A stretch of DNA of 64,000 nucleotides, taken from positions 147,622,001 to 147,686,000 of the forward strand of contig OX597816.1 of NCBI GenBank assembly GCA_951406725.2. The letters run 5' to 3'. Positions 30,482 to 45,240 of the stretch are shown here, piece by piece. Source of the stretch: Octopus vulgaris (taxonomy: Eukaryota). How positions within the stretch are numbered: position 1 is the first letter of the stretch; each line of letters begins with the position of its first letter. The translations under genes were made by a program, and so were the position numbers. The notes under the pieces were generated by a model. It worked only from the letters and a program-made list of their open reading frames with translations, searched no databases and was not told the origin of the DNA.

Positions 30482-30709
30482 TGTTACACATTCATATCTA
30501 TGTGTATACGTGTGGCACTATTTGTTAGTGAACAGTACGAACTGTGTTTTAAAGTAAACAGTATTACTACGCTGTGTCTGAAGGTATATAGGTGTCGCTG
30601 CGCTGAGTGTGCGCAGTTCCTGTATTACGAAAAGTAAATAAACACTTGAAAGAATATCTATGCTTCGTATTGAGTTGTCTATCCCAGTAGAAAGAAACTA
30701 CACACAACA
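30482..30709 (+). repeat. 5' LTR (TGTT...AACA, 228 bp)
   Basis: Terminal inverted TGTT/AACA; contains AATAAA; duplicated at 35165. Confidence 0.95.
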
Positions 30710-30722
30710 TGGTGGCAGCGGT
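30710..30722 (+). promoter_or_regulatory. Primer binding site, probably tRNA-Leu
   Basis: TGGTGGCAGCGGT directly after the LTR; complementary to a ...ACCGCUGCCACCA tRNA 3' end. Confidence 0.8.
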
Positions 30723-30833
30723 AAATAATTAATTCGAAAATGTGCCTTTACAACGAAACAGAAACACAACGAACCAGAAATTAACAAACAAAACAACGCT
30801 TCGTCTTCGGACACACATACACGAGGTTCCAAA

Positions 30834-33800
30834 ATGGTGAGCCCCGTCGCCGTACAGATGAATTTACATCCAACCATGAATTGGGACTCCATTGATATCG
30901 TGGAAGCGTTTAAGAAATTTAAACAGAAGACTCAGCTAGTTTTCAAAAGTTTCCTGAAAGGCATAACTGACGAAGAAAAAGTGAGCTATATCCTTTTATG
31001 GACGGGCGAAAAAGGTCTAGACCTATTCAACGGCTGGGACATGTCAGAAGCGGATTGCAATAACCCAGACACACTTCTTGAGAAATTTGAAAGGCACCTA
31101 GAGCCCAGGTCGAACCATAGAATTCACAGATACGAATTCCAGGGCCTGAAACAAGACCCACAAGAGACGATTGACAATTTCCTGTCAAGACTGAAGAATG
31201 TTGCAGAGAAGTGCAAATTCAGAGACAAGGAGGAGAGGATTGTTGACCAATTAATATGGGGGTGTGCCCACAAAGAAGTACAAAAATCCCTCATAGGGAA
31301 AGACACTCTCCAGTTGATAGAAACAGTAGACACTGCAAAAGCATTCGAAGCCACTACCAAACAAATGGCCTCACTTACCTTACAAACAAGCTCACTTAAC
31401 AGCAGTGTAGATATTGTATCTAGCCACAGGACGAAACATACCCGCAAACAAAGAACATGCCAGTACTGTGGTACAGATCATGAATTTAATAACCGAAAAA
31501 AATGTCCTGCATTCGGTACACACTGCAAAGCATGTGGAAATCTTAACCACTGGAAAAAAATGTGTAAGTTGACAAAATCCCAGAAATACAAGCCCCAATT
31601 TTCAAAGAGGAGCGGAAATAGAAGAAGATATATACATGCACAACAACAGGAACAAAACACCTCAGAAGAGAAATTCTTGGCAGTCGGCGCAATAAATGTG
31701 CATGAGATGGGAAAGGACGACCAGAAAGAAAATGAGGCATACACAACAATAAGAATTCAAAAGAAGTCTGGAAAGAAAAGAATAAACATTGACTTAAGGC
31801 TGAAGATTGACACTGGAGCCCAGAGTGATATCTTGCCTGTCAACTTTTACAAGAAGATGTTCCCAGAACACATGACAGAAGAGGATAAAATCGAAGAATG
31901 AATTCTCACACCAAGTGATGTAATCCTCACTGCGTACGGAGGTACCAGGATTCCACAACTGGGTAAAACAACAATTACAGAGACACACAAAGTAAAAATA
32001 ATCAAGTGTTCTTTTTATGTCACAAGAACAAAAGGCCCAGCAATTCTTGGACTCGATACCTGCAAAAAGCTAAATAGTGTGTCAATCAATGGTGAAGTGA
32101 AGGCAACTCCGAGCAGGATAGACAGAGATACGCCTATCAAAGACCGACCACCAATCACAAACAAAGAGGAATTAATAAGCATGTACCCTGAATGCTTTGA
32201 CGATACAGTCGGGTGCTTTGTGAAATGTCGATACCATATAACAGTCGACCCCGATATCAGACCAATTGTTCACCCACCTCGCCGCATCCCTCTAGAACTA
32301 AAAGAGAAGCTGATGACAGAGTTGGACAAAATGGAAAAAAAGGAAATAATCACCAAAGTGACACGACCAACAGACTGGGTAAATTCAATTGTGATCAAGG
32401 AAAAACCCAATGGTACCCTACGGATATGCCTCGACCCAAGGGACCTGAACAAGGCATTAAAAAGAGAGTACCATCCAATTCCAACCCTTCAAGAAATCAC
32501 ACCATCATTGGCTGGGTCCAAATTATTCAGCAAACTGGATGCCAGTAATGGGTACTGGAATATAAAGATAGACGAAGAGTCATCCATGCTCACTACCTTC
32601 AACACACCATTTGGCAGATATCGATTCAACCGACTCCCATTTGGATTGAAGGTGAGCCAAGATGTTTTCCAGCGCCAAATAGATGAGACCTATCAAGGCT
32701 GCAAGGGAGCAATTGGAATAGTATATGACATCCAAGTGCATGGTAAGGATGAGACCACACATGACTTCAATTTACATGAAGCTATGGAGAGAACCCGACA
32801 AGCAGGCATCAAACTCAATGCAGCCAAATGTGTGGTAAAAGCAGAGGAGTGCAAATTCTTTGGAATTATATACTCTGCAGAGGGAGTTAAACCAGACCCC
32901 GCTAAAGTGGAAGCCATCAGAGACATTAAAGATCCTAAAGACAGGAAGGAACTCAGGAGCTTCCTGGGACTCATCAACTACATGGGAGCTTTCATACCCA
33001 AGCTGGCCGATCACACTGGAAATCTCAGAGAACTAAACAGAGATGACGTAGAGTTTGATTGGTGTGCTTCACACATACAGGATTTTGAAGCAATCAAAAA
33101 GCTCATCAGTAAGGAGACAACTTTGCAATACTATGACAGACGCAAACCAGTAACACTCCAAGTCGATGCATCTATGAGAGGAGTTGGCGCAGCACTGATA
33201 CAGGAAGGTAAACCCATTGCATATGCCTCGAAAGCTCTTTCTCTCTCCCACAGAGACAAGGTACGCAAATATTGAAAGGGTACTCCTGGAAGTAGTATAT
33301 GGATGTGAAAAGTTCCCTACATAGCTGTATGGCAGACATTTCAACATTGAAACAGACCATCACCCGCTAGAACAAATACATAGAAAAAAACCTCATGAAA
33401 GAACCAGCCAGACAGCAAAGATTACTGTTAAGGCTTCAAACATATGACTATGATATCAGGTACAAGCCAGGAAAAGACCTGATATTGGCAGATGCTCTTT
33501 CCAGATTATCCTCACATGATAAACAGGAGATGGAAGGACTAAGCATAAAGGTCCACCACATTATAAATGTAACGACTACAAAGCTAGCAGAAATCAAAGA
33601 GGATACCAGGAAAGATGAAGAGCTCCAGCTCTTTACTCAGATGGTGATTGAGGGGTGGCCAGAAAAGAGACATCAGGTGCAGCCCCTAATTCGTGAATAT
33701 TGGGCCATCCATGATGATATATCAGTGGAGAACGGAATCCTGTTGGCGGGATCCCGAATAATAATACCTAAGTCAATAACAAAAGAGATTCTTGACAAGA

Positions 33801-34951
33801 TCCACAAAGGGCATCTAGGAATGGAGAAATGTAAGCTCCTAGCCAAGTCAGCAGTATATTGGATAGGCATGTACAAAGACATAGAAAAGACAGTTTCTAC
33901 ATGCCACATTTGTCAAAAGTACAGAAACTCACAACAAAAAGAGGAAATGATGTCTAGTGACATCCCGAGAAGGCCATGGCAAACTATTGGAGCAGATCTG
34001 TTCACAGAGGGTCAAGAATGGTATTTGATAATGGCCTGCTACTACTCCAAATTTCCATTTGTGAGAAAAGTGAAAGACCTGAGAGCCAAAACAATCACAA
34101 CAGTGGCTCGAAGACTTCTAGCAGAGCAAGTAATACCAGAGCAGATCATATGTGACAATGGAACCCATTTCACATCGCAAGAATTCAAAAAGCTGGCCGA
34201 TGAGTATGGGTTCAATATTACAACTTCATCTCCACACTACACAAAAGGCCATGGGTTTATAGAAAGACAGGTGCAGACAGTGAAGAGAACACTAGTCAAA
34301 TGCCGAGAGACTAAGGAAGACCCACACCTGGCACTTCTGTCCCTACGAGCGACACCACTGAGAGCTGATATGAAATCCCCAGCAGAATTGCTGAATGGCA
34401 GGAAGTACAAAACTACCCTGCCAAGTAAGATCCAACCTCCCATTGACCAGGAAGAGACAAGGACAAAGTTAGCAGCCACTCAAGAACACTCGCAGAAATA
34501 TTACAACAGACATGCACAATACTTACCTGAGATACTTAGAGGACAACATGTACATACTCAAGATCCCATAACTAAAATATGGATTCCAGCACAGGTTGTC
34601 AGAAAAGCTGAAACCCCAAGATCGTATATAATAGAAACGGAATCTGGTAGGCAGCTGAGACGCAACAGGGCCCACATTCGCCCAACACGAAAGCTGTTGA
34701 GGACAACGTATACAACACCTGCTGCATCAGTGACAACACCCACAGAATTATCACCCCAACGGGCACCAACCACCCATCAGCAGGCAACATGTACAACACC
34801 TACAGCATCGGTGACAACACCCACAGAATCATCATCCCAATGGACACCAACAACCCATCAGCAGCCCAACAACACACCTCAGACACCGGTGCGAAGCACA
34901 AGATCTACCAGATGGAGAAAAAACATCCTGCCACCGGTTCAATACCGTTAA
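30834..34951 (+). pseudogene. gag-pol polyprotein broken by a premature stop (31899-31901) and frameshifts
   Basis: Two CCHC knuckles, protease KIDTGAQ, RT LRICLDPRDLN/RLPFGL/IVYDI, RNase H VDAS, integrase HHCC and DLF/DNG/ER. Confidence 0.93.
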
Positions 34952-35152
34952 GGAAAAATATACATGAACTTTCAAAAAGAAAAAAAAAAAACTGCTATGA
35001 TTAATTTAATTATACTCAGTTTGGTTTTCATTTTTTTTATTAATTTTATTAATTTTTTTAGGCAATTGAACTAATGGTATAATTTGAAAAAAATGTAAAT
35101 ATTTTCTCTTTTTATACATGATAAAGTTTTTCAAAACTTTTTTTCTTTTTTC

Positions 35153-35164
35153 AGGAAGAAGGGA
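35153..35164 (+). promoter_or_regulatory. Polypurine tract
   Basis: AGGAAGAAGGGA immediately before the 3' LTR. Confidence 0.85.
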
Positions 35165-35388
35165 TGTTACACATTCACATCTATGTGTATACGTGTGGTA
35201 CTATTTGTTAGTGAACAGTACGAACTGTGTTATAAAGTAAACAGTATTACTACGCTGTGTCTGAAGGTATATAGGTGTCGCTGCGCTGAGTGTGCGCAGT
35301 TCCTGTATTACGAAAAGTAAATAAACACGTGAAAGAATATCTATGCTTCGTATTGAGTTGTCTATCCCAGTAGAAAGAAAGTACACAC
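35165..35388 (+). repeat. 3' LTR lacking its terminal AACA
   Basis: Ends ...TACACAC and runs straight into the duplicated flank. Confidence 0.93.
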
Positions 35389-35600
35389 GGTCTCTTTCTT
35401 TAATATTCATTTTTTTGCATAGCCAGCTCTACTTTGATCAGCTCTCATCTCTTTTCCTTTTTGTTTTTTTTTTTGTAAAAGAACCAATAGAAGCATCTTT
35501 CCATTAAAGTTTCACTTACTTTTTCTATAATTTATTGTTCATTTCTTTTTTTATTTTAGGCCTAAATATCTCTATACATAGTCCTTCAGTGATTACCTCC
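35384..35600 (+). repeat. Right copy of the flank duplication
   Basis: Starts at CACAC shared with the LTR end; ends GATTACCTCC as at 30481. Confidence 0.95.
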
Positions 35601-35732
35601 GCAAGGCAAATTTTTTTCTAGACAGGATCGTATACTAGACTCTTGTTCTACTATATATTTAGCACTCAATAATCCCTTCCTTATGGTATTTTCTATTATC
35701 ATCTATATAATATCATTATCATTATCATTATC

Positions 35733-35783
<51 letters not shown>

Positions 35784-36759
35784 ATTATCATTATTATTAT
35801 TTTTAATATCCTAATGCCTTTTCCATCGACATCTTATTTAGACGTTTTACTTCTCGTTTCTTTCAGTCATTTCCGTTTATTACTTTTGTCTCTTTCTAGA
35901 CATCTCTTTTATTTGCTTCCAGCACACCTTGTTCATATTTATAGCCATCATTACGTCGTTACCCCTACCACCACGATCATCATTGTCACAATATCAACAG
36001 ATGCCATCACCATTAGTGCATCACGACGTCCATCACCATTACCACCATCAAGATTAAGATTATTTGTATTACCAAACTGCAATTACCACAGCCATAACAG
36101 TCATCAGCAACGCCAAAGCCGCTTATTATCACCGTCGGAACTACCACCATAAAATATATCACCGCCACAAATACCAACACCGCAAAGCAGAAATTAATAA
36201 CATCAATAACAGCGCAACTATTTTAATACAATATCGCCGAATGTTTTTATTTTTTCCCTAATAATAGACGAAAGAAGTACAAAATGAGAGGTTTGACTTA
36301 CAAATTGATTATTAGTTGATGCAAGTAGTGAATCGAAACCTATCTTTTATAAACCAATTCGCTTTCTGTTCTTCTAACAGTTTTCTCTGAAATCAATTCT
36401 TTACATATTTACACTTTTGTTACTCCTCTCTACATCAACAGCACCATTTGTTAAAGTTCTGAAATTTGCTGAGCATGTAATTAATGGAAGCGAAAAGAAA
36501 ATGATATATTACTAGCGATTTAGATTCTTCAATGTTTCAAACAGAGAGAAACCCACACTGGCATATGCATATACACGTCACACACAAACATACGCTCGCG
36601 TGTACACAAGCATATACACAAAACATACCGAAAACACATGTAATTTAAATATGCAAATATGTATAAACACGTGTTTATAAGTATGTTTATATATATATAT
36701 AAATTTTGCTACTATATATGTAAGCATAGTGTATCTATATTGTGTGATATGTATGTGTG

Positions 36760-36813
<54 letters not shown>

Positions 36814-37272
36814 TATACACACACATATATACTTACATAAATATAAGTGTATAAGTGTCTGTGTATGTATATCACTAAGCATGCAAATGGAGGATATATG
36901 TATGTATATATATATATATATATACAATTTTAATCTATATATATATATACATATATATATATATGTATGTATGTATATATATATGTATATATGTATAAAT
37001 GTATATATATATGTATATACATATATATGTATATCCACATGAGCATATATATGCATGCGTAGTGCTTCAAACCACATCGATTATGTTTAATAACCCTGCT
37101 GTGTCACACATTCAAATCTAAAGACATATATACAACCACACACGCATAGTCATATTCGTACTATGTACATATACTCTGCATACATATTGCCGTTTTCTAA
37201 CCGGCGTATCAACCTGTGTTTAAGAGCGTGTGTATGAACATATGCAGGTGAAGTGCGTGTGTGCGTGTTTAT

Positions 37273-37315
<43 letters not shown>

Positions 37316-37763
37316 TTTGTGTGTCTTTAAACATAAATCTACAGAAGTTGATACAATTCTGTTTCATAATTACTATAAGTACCACTTGCTTAATGATTAT
37401 ATATTTGCATTTTGAATATTGCATTGGCTCTGTTTTATTATTTTTTTTTTTTTAGTCTTTCTCATTTACTAATTTAATTGTTTATATATTCATGGAAAAC
37501 TTTAAAAATTCATTTAGTTCGAAAAATAAAAGTAAGCATGTACAAAAGCAAGATATTCATTACATGATAAATGCCTAAAGCTTTGTTTTCGTTTGCTTTT
37601 CAATTTTGTTTTCAGATAGCAAATTCTGATTAGAATATATGGAAATATGAAAATGTTAATCTCTTAATCTAAATGTTTACTTGTGCTTTATTCTGGTGTA
37701 GTAGTGAGTGCGACGGGTTTTACAATAACTCTGTATTTCGCTAGACAAAATGTTTTACTATTT

Positions 37764-37826
<63 letters not shown>

Positions 37827-37979
37827 CTTTCTGTTTCTCGGTTCTGAATTAACGACACACCTTCAATTGCCTTTTCTGTATTTGAAAAAGAATAAATATA
37901 ATTGATAAGTAACACATAGACCGAGGTATTGACCGATTTGTCTGTACAGACTTCCTTTGCCAACAATGGCTTTTGTGTT

Positions 37980-38465
<486 letters not shown>

Positions 38466-38469
38466 CAGA

Positions 38470-39716
38470 GAGAGCTTGAACAAAATAATGGAAACACCTT
38501 AAAATTTTAAACGAATTTATTTTAATATGGGGTAGGACCACCTTTGGCAGTAATTACAGCTTGAATTCTACGAGGTATAGTCTTGTACATAATTTGAATT
38601 GTTTCCAAAGGAATTTTTGTCCATTGTTCAGCTAAAACAACCTCCAGGTCTTGCGGTGATGATGATGAAGGATATCGATTCCTTACTTGTTTTTCTAAAA
38701 TGCACCAGAAATGTTCAATAATATTAAAATGTGGGGACTGTGCTGGCCAGTTAAGATGTTCAGCTTCACGAGAATGTTCATCCTCGTGCCATTCAGTAAC
38801 AGTTTTAGCTGTGTGAATTGGTGCATTTTCATCCTGAAAGTTTGCATTTCCCTCCGGAAGCAGTTCCGCAACCATAGGATTAATTTGATCTGATAAAAAG
38901 CTTAGTCATGACTCTTAATTCAGCCATGAAGGGAAACCGTTGGGCCTGTGGATTCCCAAGATATAGCACAACCCCTCCCAGTTCATCACAGATCCTTCTT
39001 CATGTTTAACAGTTGGAAGAAGGCAGTCTGGGTCAAATGCCTCTTTTGGCAGTCTCCACACGTATACTCGGCCGGTCGTCGGAAATAAGGTAAAGGATGA
39101 CTCGTCCGAGAAAACAACATTCTTCTTCTGCTCTAGGAACCAACTTGTAGGCTTTTACTCCAGTCTAAACGCTTTGCAACGTTTGTTTTTGTAAGTAGTT
39201 GTTTTCTGATTGCAGCGCTCCCGTGAAATCAGGCTATATGCAGCTCCCGGCGAACAGCTTTTGTGGAAACTGGATTCTCATTAAGCCCTACAGTAATTTT
39301 GGGAGCTGTACTTTTCTGATCCTTTCTAACATTTCGCGTAAGAGTCTGGCGGTCCCAATCTGAAACTTTTGATTTTCTTTTGGAGATTTGTTTCGACGAA
39401 GATGTTTTTCTCTATTTCTCAAAGGCTGTCATTACTTTCGAAACAGTACTTCATATACCAAACATTTCAGCTGTTTTCGTTATTCTAGCTCCGACAATTT
39501 GACCTCTTTGAAAGTCCGATAGATCTGTCATTTTAATAAATTTTAATTACTTTTTGCTGATGATATCTGAAAAGAAACACGAATTTAAGTAAAACATATT
39601 AAGCAACACTAATAATAAATAAAAATATATATATACAAGCTTTTGACGGTTTTATAGATTTTTCAAAATTATGATGCTATGATGCTAGGTATTCCCATTA
39701 TTTTATCCAATCCCTG
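38470..39716 (-). mobile_element. Tc1-like DNA transposon with disrupted transposase (39531-38522)
   Basis: TIR CAGGGATTGGATAAAATAATGGGAATACCT followed by TA at right, degenerate copy at left; MTDLSDFQRGQIVGA, FSDES, FQDENAPIH, WPAQSP..NIIEHFW. Confidence 0.9.
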
Positions 39717-39723
39717 TATATAC

Positions 39724-39762
<39 letters not shown>

Positions 39763-40199
39763 TATATGTATGTGTACAGAGAGAGAGAGAGAGAGAGAGA
39801 AAGCCCGTTAAGTGGCCTGTTCCTCTAATGTTTCTTGGTGAGCAACCACTTAACTGCGCAAACCCGACGAATGAATCAATGACGAAGAAAATCTGTGAAT
39901 TGACAATAAATGAAATTATAGAAAACGAAAGCAAAATATTCAAAGCGAAAGAAAATTTTCCTAAAAGGACTGGCAGAACCCGTGATGAGATCCTGATGGC
40001 AACTCCATTAAACCACAGTCATGCTAATTATAAGGCTAGCGCTCGACCCAGCTCTCATACTCCAATAAAAAAATTACCTATTTCGAGCAAGCCTGTTCAC
40101 TGGGACTATACTCGCCAAACTCATGCCTCTCTCAACAAAGTTGCTGGGCCTCTGCACTTACATCTCCGCCACCATTTTCCTTTGGAAATGAAACATGAA

Positions 40200-40720
40200 A
40201 ATTTGATGAGCAATTAGCCAAGAAAATGACCATTTAGTGTCGTCCACCACATAATGTCTTCGGCTAAGTTCACCAGGTAGTTGAATTTGTTTGCTTCCCT
40301 AGTCAACTGAATATGTGAGGACTATCTTTACAAAGGAAGCAGCTAATAGCCAGATCCGTTCTAGCGCAATAACAAGTATTCCACTTAAGTCAGCAATGCT
40401 CGTGTACCTTACCGAAAAGTGCTAGACAATTTCACTGCTCTGCGCGCATCATGACGGAGCCAGTTAACGATATGTCATACCTATAGGAACGCCTTCTTTG
40501 AAAATCTGCCACGCCAAGGAAGTCTGAACGGTATCCATAGACGGCAGCCCAAAAGGCCTCCAGAACATACGAGATAGTGGATTTTTATCATCGGTTAGAT
40601 TTTTCCCTGAGTAAGTCGTCGCTTCTGTCTACCTCTTATCCTCTATAGAACATAAATCTGAAAGTCACTTCTATGGAAAAGGGTTGTGAGGGCTTCTCAT
40701 AATATATACTATGCACTCTG
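40200..40720 (-). mobile_element. Degenerate Tx1/L1-like ORF2 C-terminal remnant
   Basis: FQTSLAWQIFKEGVP followed by a decayed zinc-finger region. Confidence 0.5.
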
Positions 40721-43053
40721 TCTCAGTATTTTCTTGAACCAGACACATCAAAGAAACGAGCTAATGAATACAGCAGCGTTTTCAACAACTGTAACAAGGA
40801 GGAAGACAACAACAATGGGAGAAAGAAGGGAGTTACACATAACGCATATTACAAACAGATAACATAGTGAGAAAGAAAATGTTTACAAATTACGAAAGAA
40901 GAAGATAAAACAGAGATGAATTATGAAGTATAAAGGATAAACGCACACATATACACTTGCAAAATATGCACAAACACACTTTTGCATATTCACAAGCACG
41001 CACGTCCAGATGAGTAGAAGCAAGCTTGAAGGAAATTTAATAAGTAGAAGGGAAATTAACGACTACAATAGAATATACAAAAATTAAAATAAGAGATAAT
41101 TTAAAGAAATAAATGTGTAAGTTTTCCGCTTAAAGTGCGATAGGTCACTCCATCACCTATTCACTTATCCATTTCTGAAGTAGTGTTCGAGTGCGCCCTA
41201 ATGCACCAGTAAACATTTTTTTCAAAACATTCGTATTGAAAAGCAAGAACCATCAAGTTGAAAGTATTCTTTATAAATTGAGTAATTTCTTAATTATTAA
41301 TATTATTTCTTTTTTTGCAAGTAATCTATTTTTCGGCGTGCTGATATTCTAAAATTAATTGTTTTGGTGCAACAGAGATGTGTAAGGTTATTTACTATTT
41401 ACTTGGTTGGCTGTTAACACTAACTTTTACACTATCAACTGTAAATGCATTCTCAGTTACGTCATTAACATGTTTGGGAAAAATATGAAAGACAGAATTG
41501 CCTGTTTCATAATTCATATGAATTCTGAATATTTTATACAGAGACAGAATTTTATTTGTTTGAAATCTCTCGCTATAACTGCACATCTAAAAGACGCCTT
41601 ATCAAGTGAGTTGCTAGAGTATTTATAAGATTCCATGCATGTATATTTTGTATATAATTCGGGTTTGAATTTCTGTGCTGCAAGAAACACTACCTTAAGG
41701 CATTAGAAATATAAAATCTAGTCAACATTTATCAATAATATTAGAGTTTATATATTAGGTTATATTATTTAAAACGTTGCTGTCGATGTTGTTATTAGAG
41801 CCTCTAAAATCGTGTTCATCAGTTTTAGTGCTCATCTCGTTTCTCTTCTCTTCATCATAGGCTGATATTGTTTTACTTATAGTTGTTGTTCGCCAAATAT
41901 TTTAGACATATACTTAGATTTAAAATTTATGGATTTTCACGACACAAAAAGCTATTTGATAAATCAAGGGGCTACCTCACCGTATCGGGCACTGTTAATC
42001 GAATTTGATAAGATTTCAACTGAAAAACATATTTATAAAATTTTAACGCATATATTCTAGAATTGGACAGTTGGAACATATATTGACATATGATATTTTC
42101 AAATTATAAATACCACAGAATAAATAATAAATATGCAAACAGTTTCACAAAAAAGCAATCCAGTATATATTCTACAAAGAAATTAATGAAATCTGTTCTG
42201 ATACCAGATCAATTGCGTCAACTGCACACCTGATGCTTTTCGCAAGAGAGCAGCATCCAAATGTCGACAAAGTTCATGCGAACAAACGTATGGAAGCACA
42301 AATATATTGTGTGCTTATTTTATCCTACCACATTCAGACTAAATGCATATAAGTCGACGGTTTCAAGCTTTTCTGAATATGATTTGGGTATACATATTCA
42401 TAACTATATCCACACGCTAACATATTCACGCATGCCCAAACACACACATACGCAAGTATGTATATAAAGGGTTATATATTCTCAAACTAAGATGCATGTA
42501 TGTTTCTTATCGTGTGTGTGCAATCTTGTATATACGCATACAAGTATGCATATTTTATTTATTTCGATCGGTTCTCTACTTTTCCATCCCTTTTAATCAA
42601 TTCCGACACTAGTAGCAAACTGAAACTTACGCTCTTTGTATACTGCACGTTTATTCTACCTATTCTATAAGCTATTTTCTAATTTATGGAACTGTCAGTA
42701 TAACGGTTGATTATTTTCCTTATAAGTCAAGGGTCCAATTTTCCAGAAGAATTGCCTTAACTAAAATAAGTCTTAAAATCTAAGCAGAATATGTTGAAAA
42801 TATTTTTCCAAAATCACCAATGTAAAAATATAACTAAGCCCCATATCCTTTGTGTCCAAAACAAATCTCTCTGTTGCGATGGACGTGAACAGATGACTAC
42901 ACGTTTCATCCGGGACATATAGTGGTTTCCGTGTCTATTCCCTTCGAGACGAAGTTTAATTTAAACTGTTATTCATTCAGCAATTGTCGATATCACATGA
43001 TTCTGGTGAAATACATTAATCAGCGGCATGCACTGGAACAAACCACTTTCCCA

Positions 43054-43123
<70 letters not shown>

Positions 43124-43169
43124 TGCACCCTGCCACAAGCTGGTATAGATAGAATTATGCAACGGAGGT

Positions 43170-43791
43170 TTAATCTTTTACCCTGACCCTAGAAGGATGC
43201 CTCCCAAAGTATATGGTTAGAAGCATTACTTCATCCGTTTTTAAGCGTGTTGCCGAGTGCAGCCTAGCAGTAGCTACCTCTCCTGACTGCACCTCCACTC
43301 TTCCAAATTTTTTTTCCTCTGGTAAGTTAAGACATCCCTTGCCAGATTGTTTTTTAAGCGACTTGAGCGTTCGACATGATTTCCATTCTCTATGTTGTTG
43401 CTGAGTACGTCCTATAAATGTTTTTTTTTCTTTTTTCTTTTAAAATATTTTTGGTGGGGGAACACTTTTATGTCCCCTCCCTTTTAATTATTTCTTTGAA
43501 TCTACTCAACTCCTTCAGGAACACTTTCCTCTTCGCTTTTCATTTTTAACCTCCTCTGCATAATTCTTCACCTCCATTGCTTCGTCTATTCTCTTCAGAC
43601 TTTTAACCAGCTCTTCCTCAGACGATAGAAAGTCTGAAGAAGAACTCTAGCCTTCGTATTCCATTACGAAGTCACGAACTCACGACATTCCCTCATTAAA
43701 CAAAAGGAAAGACGTCGAACAATACTGCCGCAAGGCGGCAAAACACACGTGGTCCACATAAAGGCAGCAGTTCAACAGCAATCAACTAGAC
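43170..43791 (-). mobile_element. Unit C: 5' part of an ORF1-like Tx1-type element, 3'-truncated
   Basis: IYRTYS..KFGRVEV..LLTIYFGRHPSRVRV homologous to units A and B. Confidence 0.7.
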
Positions 43792-45240
43792 GACTACCAA
43801 ACGCTCTCTATTTCATTTTATTGGCCACTGTGGACCCTACACAGAAGGCACAAACAACGATAGACAATACATGTGGGGACATATAACATAAACGAATGAA
43901 TAAAATGAATTTACATAATGGATGAAGGTGCAATGGCTACTCGAAACCTCGCTCTCGAGTAGTACCGTTTAACTATATTTTTCTTCCTTTTTAAACTAAT
44001 GTTTATAACATTAATTTATCTTACTATATAAAATATGGTGTCAATTATTAAAATTCCATCACAGGCGGTAGATAATCGTATCTTACCTCTCGTCCTAGTG
44101 GGTTCACATCATTGCTAAAACTTCACTTTAATCTTTTGTAATTTATTATGTCTATTAATATAAACTCCATGCCTGGTACCCTTACATCGTCGTCTCCTAT
44201 AATTCTTATTACCGTTTTCATTTTTGTAATTTTTTTTTTCAATGGCCGTGTTCGACTAATAGTGCGTTAGATACGCTATATGTTTATAACTGGCCTGTAA
44301 TGTTTGTCTGTCTGCTTGCGTGTATGTTGGTGTGTATTTAACAAAAGATTCTGGGCTGCATGTATGTGTTTGTGTATACTTGACTGGGGGTGCTGGTTTA
44401 TCTGTGTGTGATGGAGATTCTAGGTTGTCTTGGATATTCTTGTATTTTTGCCGTAATGGAATATACTGTATGGGGGCTTGTATGTTTCTTCTTCCATTTT
44501 GCTTTTCTTTTGAGTTCCTCCTGGCGGGGGAGCTTTTAAAGACCTTCTTGTTTCTGTTTTGCGCTTTGTGGAATCCTTCATTTATGCTTCCTAAATTGGC
44601 CTCTTCCCTATTTTCCTTTAATTCCTCGCCTCTTATTTTCTTCTTGCTTCTCCTCTACTGGTATCTGACTATTCGCCTTTATGTGTCTCTTTTTTTCTGC
44701 AGTGGTAACAGGTGGAAGGTCCTCCATCCACCACCACTTGCAACTTCACAGCAGGAAAGCGCACTTCCACTGTACCAAACTTTCTTCATCTGCAGTAAAA
44801 TTCAATGTCACTTCTTATATCTTCTAAGTACTCTTTTACAGCTTCCTCGCTAGCCATTTCTATTTTCTTGCTTCTCAGTGATAGGGTTCTATAAACCACC
44901 ATTTCCCCCTTTTTACTTGTATCTTCCGGCGAGGTCAGTTTTAAACTTGACCCCTCTCTTTAGATTAATTTTTTGCTGCTTCTTACTATTTCAAAATCGA
45001 CAGGTACTTCCCTGACTTTCAGTTGATTCACAGTAGCTGCTGCATTTTCTCTGCCTGCTACTGAAGCGTAGCTCCCGCCACGTGTTTGCAACACTTCCAT
45101 TGCTTAATACTATTCTCTCTTCCACTGGGGGAGAAAACAAAACAAAAGCAAACAATACAACAAAGGTTCAACAATTTCAACAATAGGCCACGTCGCTAGG
45201 GAGGACCTTTAACAAAGGACAACATAATAATTTAACACGG
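43792..45240 (-). mobile_element. Unit B: ORF1-only Tx1-like element with 5'UTR, decayed ORF and 3'UTR
   Basis: MEVLQTRGGSYASVA, VVYRTLS..KFGTVEV, CYHC..H knuckle, C-terminal LPPVMEF, 3' hairpin, AATAAA; no EN or RT motifs seen. Confidence 0.75.

Larger units (their letters stand above)
30482..35388 (+). mobile_element. Ty3/gypsy LTR retrotransposon (Mag-like), near full length
   Basis: LTRs 30482-30709 and 35165-35388 (5 substitutions), PBS, PPT, domain order gag-PR-RT-RH-IN. Confidence 0.97.

Noticed and set aside
39828-40217. 129-aa ORF (likewise 47459-48028)
   Set aside because: No recognisable domain; lies in or next to decayed repeats.
43925-43955. Resemblance to U1 snRNA (GCGAGG..CCATTGCAC; TTTGGTAGT at the junctions)
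   Set aside because: Matches are short, not retained in unit A, and no U1 5' end or spacing is present; kept only as a search suggestion.
44320-44853. 177-aa hydrophobic plus-strand ORF
   Set aside because: Antisense shadow of the purine-rich minus-strand ORF of unit B.
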